Source: Candidatus Micrarchaeia archaeon (GTDB lineage Archaea > Micrarchaeota > Micrarchaeia > CABMEP01). From it: a stretch of 64,000 nucleotides of DNA. Shown here in pieces: positions 1 to 10,163 of this stretch. The stretch lies in contig JAVZXS010000003.1 of assembly GCA_038886535.1 (NCBI GenBank), positions 1-64,000 on the forward strand. Direction: 5' to 3'. The notes beneath the pieces were generated by a model, which had not been told where the DNA came from, ran no database searches, and saw only the letters and a list, made by a program, of their open reading frames with translations. Both the position numbers and the translations under genes were made by a program. How positions within the stretch are numbered: position 1 is the stretch's first letter; each line of letters opens with the position of its first letter.

Positions 1-111
1 GACATAAGTGTTGCATTAGTTTCAATAACACAAAATATAGTCTTCTTTGTAGCTCCAGGCCTTGCAGTTGTCTGCTTAAGAGAAATCTTTGAAGTTGCAA
101 GAGAAGTTTAA
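1..111 (+). CDS. 3' end of a small membrane protein (partial)
   Basis: Frame 1 reads DISVALVSITQNIVFFVAPGLAVVCLREIFEVAREV*, hydrophobic, followed by a T-rich tract. Confidence 0.55.
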   Translation, partial: DISVALVSITQNIVFFVAPGLAVVCLREIFEVAREV

Positions 112-197
112 TTTTTTTATTAGTTTTATTTTTTATTTATCTCTTATTATTCTATTTTTATTTCTTATTTTTCTTTTATTTTCATTCATTCTTATTT

Positions 198-983
198 TTA
201 AAAAACAATTACATTAAGAGGTTTATTTGATACTTTAACAGCAACAATCTTTTCTTTAGGAAGTCTGTATTCCTTGAATGAATCAATCGCAATCATCCCA
301 TCTCTCATTTCTGATTTTATTTTCAATTCTTCTCCCTCTTTTATAATTCCACTTATAGTTCTTCCACATACCAAGCGGCCGCAGTAAGGTTCTCTAACTA
401 TAAATCTTCCTTCCTTTGCAGTTTTGCTGAAAGGTCTTCCTCCTGCAGAAGAATACCATGCAGTTGACCCGCATCCTGTAGAAATAAGTATTCCTGAACT
501 TTTTTGTCTTTCCCATTTTCCATTAACAAAAAGAGAGTAGCGGGAAGTATTGTAAATACGGGACGCGCCAATGTAAATCTCATTTAGTGCATACTCTTTT
601 TTCTTAGAACTATTTATTATCACTTCCAATCTTGTCCACTTTTCAACCGCAAAATCGCCATCTATTATTTGCAGGATTCTTTTTTCAAAATCTTTTCTTG
701 TAACATTAGTATGTGCTCCCTCGCTCGATAAAGGATCAGAATTTACCCCAAGTATGAACGTATCGTCCTTTATCAAGTGAGAAGCATCGATAAATGTACC
801 ATCTCCACCTACACTAATCACTAGATCTGTATTCTTAAGCAATTTTTTCCTTTTATTTTCCTTTTTGACAAATACTGAATTTATCTTATACTTTGCAAGC
901 ACTCTCTTAATCTCTTTGACTGTTTTCTTATGCTCTTTTGATTTGTTGTCGCTATAAACAACTAAGACATTTTTCAATTCCAT
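198..983 (-). CDS. nadK: NAD+ kinase
   Basis: GGDGT motif, ALNE, STGCGSTAW; start placed at MELKN (ORF track extends to 1049). Confidence 0.9.
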   Translation of the reverse strand: MELKNVLVVYSDNKSKEHKKTVKEIKRVLAKYKINSVFVKKENKRKKLLKNTDLVISVGGDGTFIDASHLIKDDTFILGVNSDPLSSEGAHTNVTRKDFEKRILQIIDGDFAVEKWTRLEVIINSSKKKEYALNEIYIGASRIYNTSRYSLFVNGKWERQKSSGILISTGCGSTAWYSSAGGRPFSKTAKEGRFIVREPYCGRLVCGRTISGIIKEGEELKIKSEMRDGMIAIDSFKEYRLPKEKIVAVKVSNKPLNVIVF

Positions 984-1069
984 TTTTCCACTCTTAGTTA
1001 ATAGTTGAAATTTAGTTTGAAAACCTTCATAAATGTTTTTACTTATCATTCAACCTATAGAGAAAATAA

Positions 1070-2227
1070 ATGAGTGGAATCATGATAGTTGAAAAATATA
1101 GGCCTAAAAAATTATCAGACATAATCGGTCAGGATGCAATAATAGACAGACTTAAAATTTGGGCTAGAAACTGGGAAGACGGAATTCCACAAAAACCAAT
1201 TCTTCTTTACGGCAGGCCTGGTTGCGGTAAAACTTCAATTGCACATGCATTGGCAAATGATATGGATTGGGAGATATTTGAAATGAATGCTAGCGACACA
1301 AGAAATAAGGGAGCAATAGATTCCATACTTTCAAACTCCGCCACCCAATCCACGCTTACAGGAAAATTAAAGCTCATAGTAATAGATGAAATCGACGGAT
1401 TGGCAGGACAGGAAGATAGAGGAGGGGTAGGGGCAGTTATAAATGTAATAGATGAATCAAAACAACCCATTATCTTAATTGCAAACCAGATCTACATTCA
1501 GAAACTTAAATCTCTTCTTCCAGAGGTAGAAATGTTAGAGATGAAAGGAGTGGATAAAAGAATACTTAAGAAATATCTAAGAGAAATTGCAGATAAAGAA
1601 GGAATCCAGATTTCAGATTTGCAAATAGATGAGATAGCCGATCGTTCAAATGGTGATGTGAGATCTGCATTAATTGATCTTACAGCAACAATCACCTACA
1701 GAGACAGAGAAAAAGATGTTTACAAGGCAGTCGCGCTTGTTTTCAAAACCCAAGATTATCAAACTGCAAGATCAGCATTCTGGGATGTAGATATTGATCC
1801 AGATATGCAGATATTATGGTTGGAGGAGAATATACCAAACGAATATCAAAAGCCAGAAGAGATAAAATCCGCATATGAACATCTTTCAAGAGCGGATGTG
1901 TTTAATGGAAGAATAACAAAAAGACAGAGTTGGAACTTATTAAAGTATGTAACTGAATTATCATCATGTGGCGTTGCAGCAGCAAAGAAAACTAATTATA
2001 ATAAGTTTGTAAGATACAAGTTTCCATCTTATCTTCAAAAAATGTCATACTCAATCGCATCCCGATCAATATTAAATTCAGCATGTAAGAAAGTAGGAGA
2101 AAGAATGCATCTTTCGAGCAGAGAGGTTCTTTCACAATTAAAGATTATGAGGCCTTTTATTCTAAAAAATCCAGAATATTATAAATTAGAAGAGTCAGAA
2201 ATTAAAGCCATTCAAAATTATAAATAA
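1070..2227 (+). CDS. rfcL: Replication factor C large subunit
   Basis: EKYRP, Walker A GRPGCGKT, EMNASD, IDEIDG, WLEEN, LSRAD. Confidence 0.93.
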   Translation: MSGIMIVEKYRPKKLSDIIGQDAIIDRLKIWARNWEDGIPQKPILLYGRPGCGKTSIAHALANDMDWEIFEMNASDTRNKGAIDSILSNSATQSTLTGKLKLIVIDEIDGLAGQEDRGGVGAVINVIDESKQPIILIANQIYIQKLKSLLPEVEMLEMKGVDKRILKKYLREIADKEGIQISDLQIDEIADRSNGDVRSALIDLTATITYRDREKDVYKAVALVFKTQDYQTARSAFWDVDIDPDMQILWLEENIPNEYQKPEEIKSAYEHLSRADVFNGRITKRQSWNLLKYVTELSSCGVAAAKKTNYNKFVRYKFPSYLQKMSYSIASRSILNSACKKVGERMHLSSREVLSQLKIMRPFILKNPEYYKLEESEIKAIQNYK

Positions 2228-2548
2228 AGTGATTTTTTCAAAAATCTTTGTTTGTTTTCTAATCAGTTCTGTTCAATTTTGCAATTTGCTTGAAAAGTAA
2301 AAAAAAAAATAAAGTATATAAATATAAAATTCGTTATTTTCAATATGCTTGATGGATCCAAAAAAGAAATTAGATGTTTATGCAATCAAGTAATTCCCAA
2401 AAAGTCGGATCTTAATATTAATTCTTCTTTTTTGTTTTTTGTTTTGTCCAGAGAAATCTTTTTAAATATGCTCTATCCATTTAATTTATCTGCTAATTAC
2501 ATATCTAATTTATTTAGTCGGAATTTATATTCTAAATAGGATGAGATT

Positions 2549-5500
2549 ATGAGTTGTGATCCAAAAATAAACGCGTGTGGAATTCCAAATTTGAGCAGAT
2601 GGCTGAGTGCCATTTTAATAATGCTTATTTTTGTACAAAATATTTTTGCACAAACACCTATTTCTTCATGTCAAACAATAACCGCTAGCGGAAGCTATAT
2701 TTTAACGCAAGATATATTTGCATCAGATACTTGTTTAAGGATTGGAGCTGATAATGTTGTAATTGATTGTGGAGGGCATAAGATAATCGGTCCAGGAACA
2801 GAATCAAATACAAAAGGAATTGCTGGAGGTTGGGGCGTTCCAGGTTCAGCAGTCAATTCAGTTATAAAGAATTGTATCATTCAGAACTTTTCTTTTGGAA
2901 TCGATTTCCGTGGCTCAACAGGTGCAAATCCAACTTTGATAAACAACACATTAATCAATAACAAATACGGAGTATTTTATTCAAATATAGGTAGCTCACC
3001 ATTATTAATAAATTTAATAACTAATTGTACATTTACAAATAATACAAATGGAATCTATGTTCAATCTTCCTTCCCAAGATTTTATCAGAATAATATCTAT
3101 AATAACACACTAAATATCGTTTCTGATCAAGGTGGAGAGCTTTCTTACCAAGGTAAAGGAAACTGGTGGGGAAGGACGTCTTCTCCATATTTTATTGCTG
3201 GAGTAGATACGAATAGAATAGACCTAGTTGATAGCTATCCTTATTCAAATATGAATGGATGGGCAGTATTAGATTTAGATAATGATGGAATTGCTGATGA
3301 TATTGACAACTGCCCTCTAATTGCAAATCCAGATCAATCTGACATTGATGCAGACGGACTTGGAGATGTTTGTGATCCAGATGCAGATAATGATGGGATA
3401 GTGAATGAAATAGATAAGAATAGAATAACTGCAGAAGATCTTAGTCTAGTTCCATCTAATGATTTCAATGATCTTACAACTTTCGGTTACATCGCAGAAA
3501 AGGGAACCTGGAATGTTTCAATAATCGACTTACCTGCTCCTAATGGCGTAAGAGTTTCAATTTCTGGTAATGGAACAGGTAAAGTTAGAATAATCTCTTG
3601 TAACAATAACGTTGAAACAACTCTTGATCAAGAAGGAGAAACTGCAGATATTACATGTGGTAGCACTACTGTTTTTGCAGCTAATGCAAAGCCATTTATT
3701 GATGTTAGAAAGCCAGATTCTTCTGTAAAAGGAAAGGCAATAAAAGTCAAACTCAATTCAAACGACAAGGTAACGCTTGGAAGTCCGGTGTATGCATCAG
3801 AAAGCAATACCCAGCCAATAGAAGTCCAGATTGTGAATGAAGACGATTCTATCTATGCATATTTAATGCTTGAACCAGGTCAAAGAGTCGATATAGTTCC
3901 TCAAGATCCAGTGAGTGGAGAGCCTGTCATAACAAATCTTGCTCAAGTTCCAATAACAGTCTATTTTGTTGCATATGGGGTAAATACAACAATACAACCT
4001 GGAGAAACATTCACAGATTCACAACCACCAGCAACAACGTCCTCATATGAAGGTATTGTAGGCTTGAATGGTTGGTTCACATCCGATGTGCTAGTTTCTC
4101 TTTCAGCAACTGATGATGCATCTGGTGTTAAAGAGACATTCATTTGTGTTGATGCAAGCAATACATGTGATCCATTGCCAGGGGTATCTGCATCAATTAC
4201 AGAAGAAGGAACTTGGTATGTCAGATACTATTCAATAGACAATGCAGGAAAGGTTGAGCAGATACATTCAGATATTGTAAAGATAGATAAGACATCGCCA
4301 TCAATCACAATGAATGAGTTGCCAACATACGATTCAGATGGCAGTTATGTTGTCAGCTGGAATGCTTCTGATAATTTTGCAACCACATTTACATTTAATG
4401 TTTACAGGGATGGAGAGCTCTATCTGACAACAAATAACAATTCAATAACAGAATTGATTAAAACAGATGGAGAATCCCACAGCTATTTTGTTGAGGTAAT
4501 AGACTGGGCAGGTTTGAAGGCAATCTCAAATACAGTTTCAATTACGGTTGATCTTTCCGGCCCATCAACTCCTGTTCCATATCCATTACCTGTATTTACA
4601 AGAGTTCCATACGTTGATTTGATGTGGAACGCATCACAGGATATCCTAAGTGGAGTGAAGAGTTACAACATATTTAAGAATGGTCAGCTTTTAACCTCTT
4701 TATTATTTACTTCACTTTCCTATAGAGATATTATAGTAACTGAAGGAAATACTTACGAGTATCAGCTTTCAGCTGTTGACTGGGTTGGACATGAATCAAC
4801 GCTATCAGAAAAGGTTTCAACAACCATAGATACACAAGCCCCATCAACCTCAATTTCAATTGCAGGTATTAACGGATTGAATGGATGGTACACAAGTGAG
4901 GTAGGTGTTTCATTATCTGCAACAGATGAGACCTCTGGAGTAGCAAAGATAATTTACAGAATAGATAATGGGGAATGGATGCTTTATTCAGGTACATTCT
5001 CCATAGGAGAAGGAATTCACATAATTGATTATTACTCCGTCGACAATGCAGGAAACACTGAGCAGTGGAAGAGTGAAAGAATAAAGGTTGATAAGACAGC
5101 ACCAGTAAGCACTGACAACATTCCTGTAGGCTGGATTAATTACGACTTTAATGTTCAGATCTCAGCATCTGATAATCTAGCTGGCGTTGCATCAATATAT
5201 GCATGTTCAAGCCAGAGCGGCGATTGTGATCCAATTGCAAACAAAGCTTCATTCTGGCTGGGAGAAGGAATTCATATAATTAAATATTATGCAACAGACA
5301 AAGCAGGTAACATTGAATCTCTCAAAACTAAATATGCAAAGATAGATAAGACAGCACCAGTTACAATACCCTTAGAAACTGGAATAAAAGAAGAATCACC
5401 ATTTGATAATGTCTATAAGGACAAGGTTGTTGTTTCATTTACTGCAATCGATACTCTATCAAATATTGATGGAATATACTATTGTGTTGATGCAACTAAT

Positions 5501-6697
5501 ACCTGTAAACCAGATAAAGTTGCATACAAGTGTGATTCATTGAATGGAGATTGTCCAACAGAAGCAAGAGGATTTGTAGAAATATCTGAAAAAGGTACAG
5601 TATTCGTAAGATTCTTCTCTGAAGACAGAGCAGGGAACAAAGAGCAGATCGAAAGCATTAACTTCACTATAGATAAAGATTCAGATTCTGATGGAGTTTA
5701 TGACAACTTTGACGCATGTCCAACAACTCAGGGAGTTGCAGCATGGCAAGGTTGCAACTATGCAGACCTTACAAAAGTAAAACTTAATATAATTGACCAA
5801 AAAGAATCTGGAATTTGTGTTGACAAGAGAGGAAGAGTAACACAACACTGTACAATTAATGTAGAGGGAGCTGCAGTCAAGATTTATGACAGAAACGATC
5901 CAACATTCCAGGCAGCTTATGGAAAGAATCCAAAGGGAACAGAGTATGCAAAGATATTTGAATCAACAATAGGCTGGATTGGAAAGGATGTTCCACTCTA
6001 CCAAGTACAAGGTGCAAGCTGCTTTACTAATTCATCTGGAAGATGCATTGCAGGTGAAGATAAGGCAGGAGAATATCTTGTGCTTGTTAAGTTTACAGAT
6101 CCAGTAACTGGAAAGATAGTTTATGCAGGAAAGAACAAAGATCAGGATGACTTCAAGAGAGTTCTTGTAGACGATTATGAGGATGACGACGACATATATG
6201 AAAGAACAACTACAAAGCTTGCAACTAAGTCAATCCACATAATAGAGCACATAGACAAGAAAGGAGATATCAAGTATCAACCAGCAAGGAAACTCGTAGT
6301 ACTTGGATCTGAGCTTGATGTTATAACTCCTGATTACACCGTCTGGGATGGAAAAGAATACGTATATCCATTCATATTCTCTTCAGAGGATGAATGGACA
6401 GTAGATGTATGCATGTATGTACCAGAGGGATATGAGATAGCAGAAGGATACAACTGCACACAAACATTCATTGCAAACGAGAGCAAGGTAGTTGCATTTA
6501 CAATAAAGGAAGTGAGCAGCCCAGAGCCAGATATGAATGTGCAACTAACTGCACAACACAAAGGAGTTGTAAAGACAATAAGCATTCAAATACCTGGCCA
6601 AAGAGTGAAAGGATTTGAGTGGATTACACTATTGCCATTCGCATTGCTCTTAGTGATAGCAGCAATAGTAGCATACGCAATGAAGAAAAGGCAGTAA
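2549..6697 (+). CDS. Large membrane-anchored surface protein (beta-helix, TSP3-like Ca-binding repeats, Ig/Fn3-like repeats)
   Basis: Signal peptide; Asn-rich beta-helix repeats; DxDxDG..DNCP..NPDQ.D.D.DG.GD.CD; repeated DkTaP..SATD..SGV..YYS.D.AGN.E modules; C-terminal TM helix plus KKRQ. Confidence 0.8.
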   Translation: MSCDPKINACGIPNLSRWLSAILIMLIFVQNIFAQTPISSCQTITASGSYILTQDIFASDTCLRIGADNVVIDCGGHKIIGPGTESNTKGIAGGWGVPGSAVNSVIKNCIIQNFSFGIDFRGSTGANPTLINNTLINNKYGVFYSNIGSSPLLINLITNCTFTNNTNGIYVQSSFPRFYQNNIYNNTLNIVSDQGGELSYQGKGNWWGRTSSPYFIAGVDTNRIDLVDSYPYSNMNGWAVLDLDNDGIADDIDNCPLIANPDQSDIDADGLGDVCDPDADNDGIVNEIDKNRITAEDLSLVPSNDFNDLTTFGYIAEKGTWNVSIIDLPAPNGVRVSISGNGTGKVRIISCNNNVETTLDQEGETADITCGSTTVFAANAKPFIDVRKPDSSVKGKAIKVKLNSNDKVTLGSPVYASESNTQPIEVQIVNEDDSIYAYLMLEPGQRVDIVPQDPVSGEPVITNLAQVPITVYFVAYGVNTTIQPGETFTDSQPPATTSSYEGIVGLNGWFTSDVLVSLSATDDASGVKETFICVDASNTCDPLPGVSASITEEGTWYVRYYSIDNAGKVEQIHSDIVKIDKTSPSITMNELPTYDSDGSYVVSWNASDNFATTFTFNVYRDGELYLTTNNNSITELIKTDGESHSYFVEVIDWAGLKAISNTVSITVDLSGPSTPVPYPLPVFTRVPYVDLMWNASQDILSGVKSYNIFKNGQLLTSLLFTSLSYRDIIVTEGNTYEYQLSAVDWVGHESTLSEKVSTTIDTQAPSTSISIAGINGLNGWYTSEVGVSLSATDETSGVAKIIYRIDNGEWMLYSGTFSIGEGIHIIDYYSVDNAGNTEQWKSERIKVDKTAPVSTDNIPVGWINYDFNVQISASDNLAGVASIYACSSQSGDCDPIANKASFWLGEGIHIIKYYATDKAGNIESLKTKYAKIDKTAPVTIPLETGIKEESPFDNVYKDKVVVSFTAIDTLSNIDGIYYCVDATNTCKPDKVAYKCDSLNGDCPTEARGFVEISEKGTVFVRFFSEDRAGNKEQIESINFTIDKDSDSDGVYDNFDACPTTQGVAAWQGCNYADLTKVKLNIIDQKESGICVDKRGRVTQHCTINVEGAAVKIYDRNDPTFQAAYGKNPKGTEYAKIFESTIGWIGKDVPLYQVQGASCFTNSSGRCIAGEDKAGEYLVLVKFTDPVTGKIVYAGKNKDQDDFKRVLVDDYEDDDDIYERTTTKLATKSIHIIEHIDKKGDIKYQPARKLVVLGSELDVITPDYTVWDGKEYVYPFIFSSEDEWTVDVCMYVPEGYEIAEGYNCTQTFIANESKVVAFTIKEVSSPEPDMNVQLTAQHKGVVKTISIQIPGQRVKGFEWITLLPFALLLVIAAIVAYAMKKRQ

Positions 6698-6852
6698 TAT
6701 CTCAAAGCTATTTTTCTATTTAATTCATTTTTTCTATTGTTTTTCTTTTTATTTTATTCTTTTTATTTCATTACTTGTTTAAATCTTATTTTGTTATGCT
6801 ATTAAATTTAGCTAATTTTAAAGTTTTTAAACCTTTATTGACATAATTTCTT

Positions 6853-9630
6853 ATGCAAGAAAATGACAAGCAGGAATTGTCAAAAGAGGGCAGAAATAAA
6901 AGCTCTAATGGAAAGAATGGGGATGGAACAGAATTAAAGTTTCAGCTTGCAAGAATAAAGGCAATAGGGACAAAAATAGCCCAAAATCCACAATTCTGGC
7001 AAGGTCTTCTTATTGCTGGAGGATTCATTTCATTTGCTTTGTTCTTCCCATTCTATGGAATTCTTTTGCCTCTGATTGCAATAGCTCTTTTCATAATAGG
7101 CTATCATCATCCAATTTTTGGAACAGTTGCTTCATTCCTTTGCATTCTTCCTGCAGTATCCTATCAGGTTCCTGTCTTTTCTTGGCTGTTTCTCCTTGCA
7201 ATAGGTCTGGTTTTCTTTCTCGTATTCAACAATTGGTATATCATAGCAGCATTGCTTTTCATGATCTCAGCACCATTTGCCCCACAGCCCTATAATCTTA
7301 TTATGGGACCTCTTACAGTATTAGTTTTCGCAGTCACATCTCTTTATCTTGGATCAAAGAAGACTCTTTATGTTCTTCCGGTCACATTCTATATTATACT
7401 TTTGCTTAGTGCATTCTGGAATGTTCAGAATTCAGCTTTCCTTACTCTTTCATCAAATTCTTTTGTAACCAATCGAGCTTTAATTCCTTCTAAATATGAG
7501 CCAGAAATGCTGGTTCTTGCAGGAGAGATTCCAAAGGCAATAGGAAACATGTTTTCACCAGATGTAATGAGAGAGGTCAATACTCTAATCTCAATCTGGG
7601 GCCAGGCAACAATGGATCTTTTTTTCGCTGACACAGGTTTGCTTCAAATAATTGCATGGTCCATTGTTTTCTTTCTTCTTGCCTATCTTCCAATAATACT
7701 TTATGGAAAATGGTCACAATTTGTTCCTTCTTTAGTTCTTCTTGCCTTGATACCGATTCATTTTATTTCTTCAGAACTATCTGGAACTGAATTTAACCTT
7801 ATGATAATTCCTTCTGTTGCGCTTACGATTGGTGTGATGTGGATACTTGATAGCTACAATATAAAATTGACAAAGGAAGAAGAGATTGTAGCAGAACAGA
7901 AGAAAGGGTTGTTTGGAATTCCTGGATTGACAGATTTAAGTGTTTCAAAATCAGGTCCAAAGAGTTTAGATGATGTTGGAAATTATGATTCCACAAAAGC
8001 AGAGATAAAAGAATCCATCCTTATGCCTCTACGCCATGGCGAATTGTCGGTTCTTTATGGAATCAGGCCGCCAAAGGGAATTCTTCTATTCGGTCCTCCA
8101 GGTACAGGTAAGACATTGTTAATGTCTGCATTGGCAAAGGAACTAAGAATGCATTTTTATTATGTAAAGACATCCGATATTCTTGGTCAATATCTAGGGG
8201 AATCAGAAAAGAATATTTCAAAGCTTTTTGATGTAGCAAGAAAGAATGCTCCAGTTGTTCTTTTCTTTGATGAAATAGATTCTATAGGAAAGAAAAGAGA
8301 CTTTTCAGGATATGGGGAATCAGATCAAACAGTTGCAAGGGCATTAAGCGTTTTACTTGCAGAGATGGATGGAATGAAAGAGAAAGAGCAAGTAATAGTG
8401 GTAGCAGCAACAAACATACCGAACCAACTTGATCCTGCTTTATTAAGACCTGGAAGATTTGATAAAATAATCTATATGCCACCACCAGATGCAAAAGGAA
8501 GAGAAGCAATATTTAAGACAGTTACTAAGAATCTTCCGCTCTCAGATGATGTAGATTTCGAAAAGCTTGCAAAGATGACAGAAAGATTTACAGGGGCAGA
8601 TATTGCAAATGTGTGCCTTGAAGCTGCAAGAAAGGCTGCTCCTTCTGCAATGGAGAAGGGAAAGGTTGTCCCTATTACGATGGAGGATTTTGTTTCTGTA
8701 ATTAAATCAGTTAAACCTTCAGTAACTTTTGAAATGCTTGACGACTATCAGAAATTCAGAAATGATTTTGAAAGAAGAACAATGAGAGAAGAAATAAAAC
8801 CTGTTGAAGAACGAGTAGTTACTTGGGATGATGTTATAGGAATGGAGGATATAAAGAAGGCATTGACTGAGGTAATCGAACTTCCTCTTCTTCATGAAGA
8901 TGAATTGAAGAAATATAACATTCAACCCATCAAAGGAATTCTTCTCTTCGGTCCACCAGGTACAGGTAAGACCTATGTAGTTAAAGCAGCTTCCCATGAG
9001 CTTAATGCAAAATTCATAAGTCTTACTCCATCAGATCTTTCAAGATATGGTTACGAGAATGCAGTAAAGTTAATAAGAGAAACTTTCAACAGGGCAAGAG
9101 AGAATGCGCCTGCAGTTATCTTTATAGATGAACTCGAGTCTATAGCACCATCTCGTGAAATTTATGCCTCAAAGATAACTGAAGATATTGTTTCAGAAAT
9201 ACTTCAGCAGATGGATGGCTTAAAGAATCTGAAAAACGTAATTCTAGTAGGAGCAACAAATAAGCCATCAATGATAGACAGTGCTTTACTAAGACCTGGA
9301 AGATTAGACAAGATATTTTTTGTAGGTCCTCCAAATGAAAAAGATAGAGCAAAGCATTTCCAATATCATCTTAAGGGAGTTCCAGGATCAGAAACAATAG
9401 ATTATGAAAAACTTGCAGAAGAAACAGAAGGATTTACACCTGCAGACATTGCAAGCATTTGTCAGGAGGCAAAGATGCAGGTTGTGAAAAGCAAGATAAG
9501 CGGGCAGGGGGAGATTCCTGTAACAACAGAGATGGTTTTAGAAATAATCTCAGAGAGAACTCCTTCAGTAACAGTTCCAATGCTCAAGGAATATATTCAA
9601 TTCGTCAAAGAGTACGGCGAGAGAAGATAA
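6853..9630 (+). CDS. Cdc48/VCP-like double AAA+ ATPase with polytopic N-terminal membrane domain
   Basis: About 330 hydrophobic N-terminal aa; two GPPGTGKT Walker A, FFDEID/FIDELE Walker B, two ALLRPGR motifs. Confidence 0.88.
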   Translation: MQENDKQELSKEGRNKSSNGKNGDGTELKFQLARIKAIGTKIAQNPQFWQGLLIAGGFISFALFFPFYGILLPLIAIALFIIGYHHPIFGTVASFLCILPAVSYQVPVFSWLFLLAIGLVFFLVFNNWYIIAALLFMISAPFAPQPYNLIMGPLTVLVFAVTSLYLGSKKTLYVLPVTFYIILLLSAFWNVQNSAFLTLSSNSFVTNRALIPSKYEPEMLVLAGEIPKAIGNMFSPDVMREVNTLISIWGQATMDLFFADTGLLQIIAWSIVFFLLAYLPIILYGKWSQFVPSLVLLALIPIHFISSELSGTEFNLMIIPSVALTIGVMWILDSYNIKLTKEEEIVAEQKKGLFGIPGLTDLSVSKSGPKSLDDVGNYDSTKAEIKESILMPLRHGELSVLYGIRPPKGILLFGPPGTGKTLLMSALAKELRMHFYYVKTSDILGQYLGESEKNISKLFDVARKNAPVVLFFDEIDSIGKKRDFSGYGESDQTVARALSVLLAEMDGMKEKEQVIVVAATNIPNQLDPALLRPGRFDKIIYMPPPDAKGREAIFKTVTKNLPLSDDVDFEKLAKMTERFTGADIANVCLEAARKAAPSAMEKGKVVPITMEDFVSVIKSVKPSVTFEMLDDYQKFRNDFERRTMREEIKPVEERVVTWDDVIGMEDIKKALTEVIELPLLHEDELKKYNIQPIKGILLFGPPGTGKTYVVKAASHELNAKFISLTPSDLSRYGYENAVKLIRETFNRARENAPAVIFIDELESIAPSREIYASKITEDIVSEILQQMDGLKNLKNVILVGATNKPSMIDSALLRPGRLDKIFFVGPPNEKDRAKHFQYHLKGVPGSETIDYEKLAEETEGFTPADIASICQEAKMQVVKSKISGQGEIPVTTEMVLEIISERTPSVTVPMLKEYIQFVKEYGERR

Positions 9631-10040
9631 CAAATAGAATAAAAGATATAGAATGACATTGGCGAGCCGGTAAGAAACAAAACAAAAAATGACACAAATC
9701 ATAGTAATTAATATTAATCTAATTATAGTTAAATAATCCAATTAATTAATCTAATAAACTCCATATGTAACAAACTACAAATGTAACTACTATAATAACT
9801 TCCTGTATAATCAAATTATGTTTATATTTCGATTGTATATTTCATATTGATTATTATTATATTGCATGTGTTTTATATGTTCCCTCCTTGTATTTTCATT
9901 CTAATACATTTTCATTTACAGAAGAGCAAGAAAGATGTAGACTATTTTATTCCGGGGAAAATACGTCCATGAACGATAAGGTTTTACGTTAATTGACTAT
10001 AGAACATAGGTCATATATTAACAAAAGTTAATAAAAAAAG

Positions 10041-10163
10041 CAAAGGTTTTTAAATACTTTAAATAAAGTAAGGTTAGATCCTTATTAAAGGGTCTAAGTA
10101 ATTTGCGCATATAAATGCCGCAAGGCACGCGCAAATGACGATATACATTGAGGTGATATCGTG
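10041..10163 (+). promoter_or_regulatory. Putative promoter and structured 5' leader of the S-layer gene
   Basis: CAAAGG-TTTTTAAATA BRE/TATA-like element, three hairpins, GAGGTGA SD before GTG. Confidence 0.6.

Noticed and set aside
2232..2296. TTTTCAAAAAT/TTTTGCAA/TTGAAAA words resembling the 48-bp repeat
   Set aside because: Different order and spacing; expected by chance in AT-rich DNA
2345..2539. 64-aa ORF upstream of the surface protein
   Set aside because: AT-rich intergenic composition, no motif; probably promoter DNA
9660..10020. Long intergenic region with short AACTAC-like repeats; considered CRISPR, ncRNA or origin
   Set aside because: No regular repeat-spacer period, no convincing stems, no ORB boxes or cdc6
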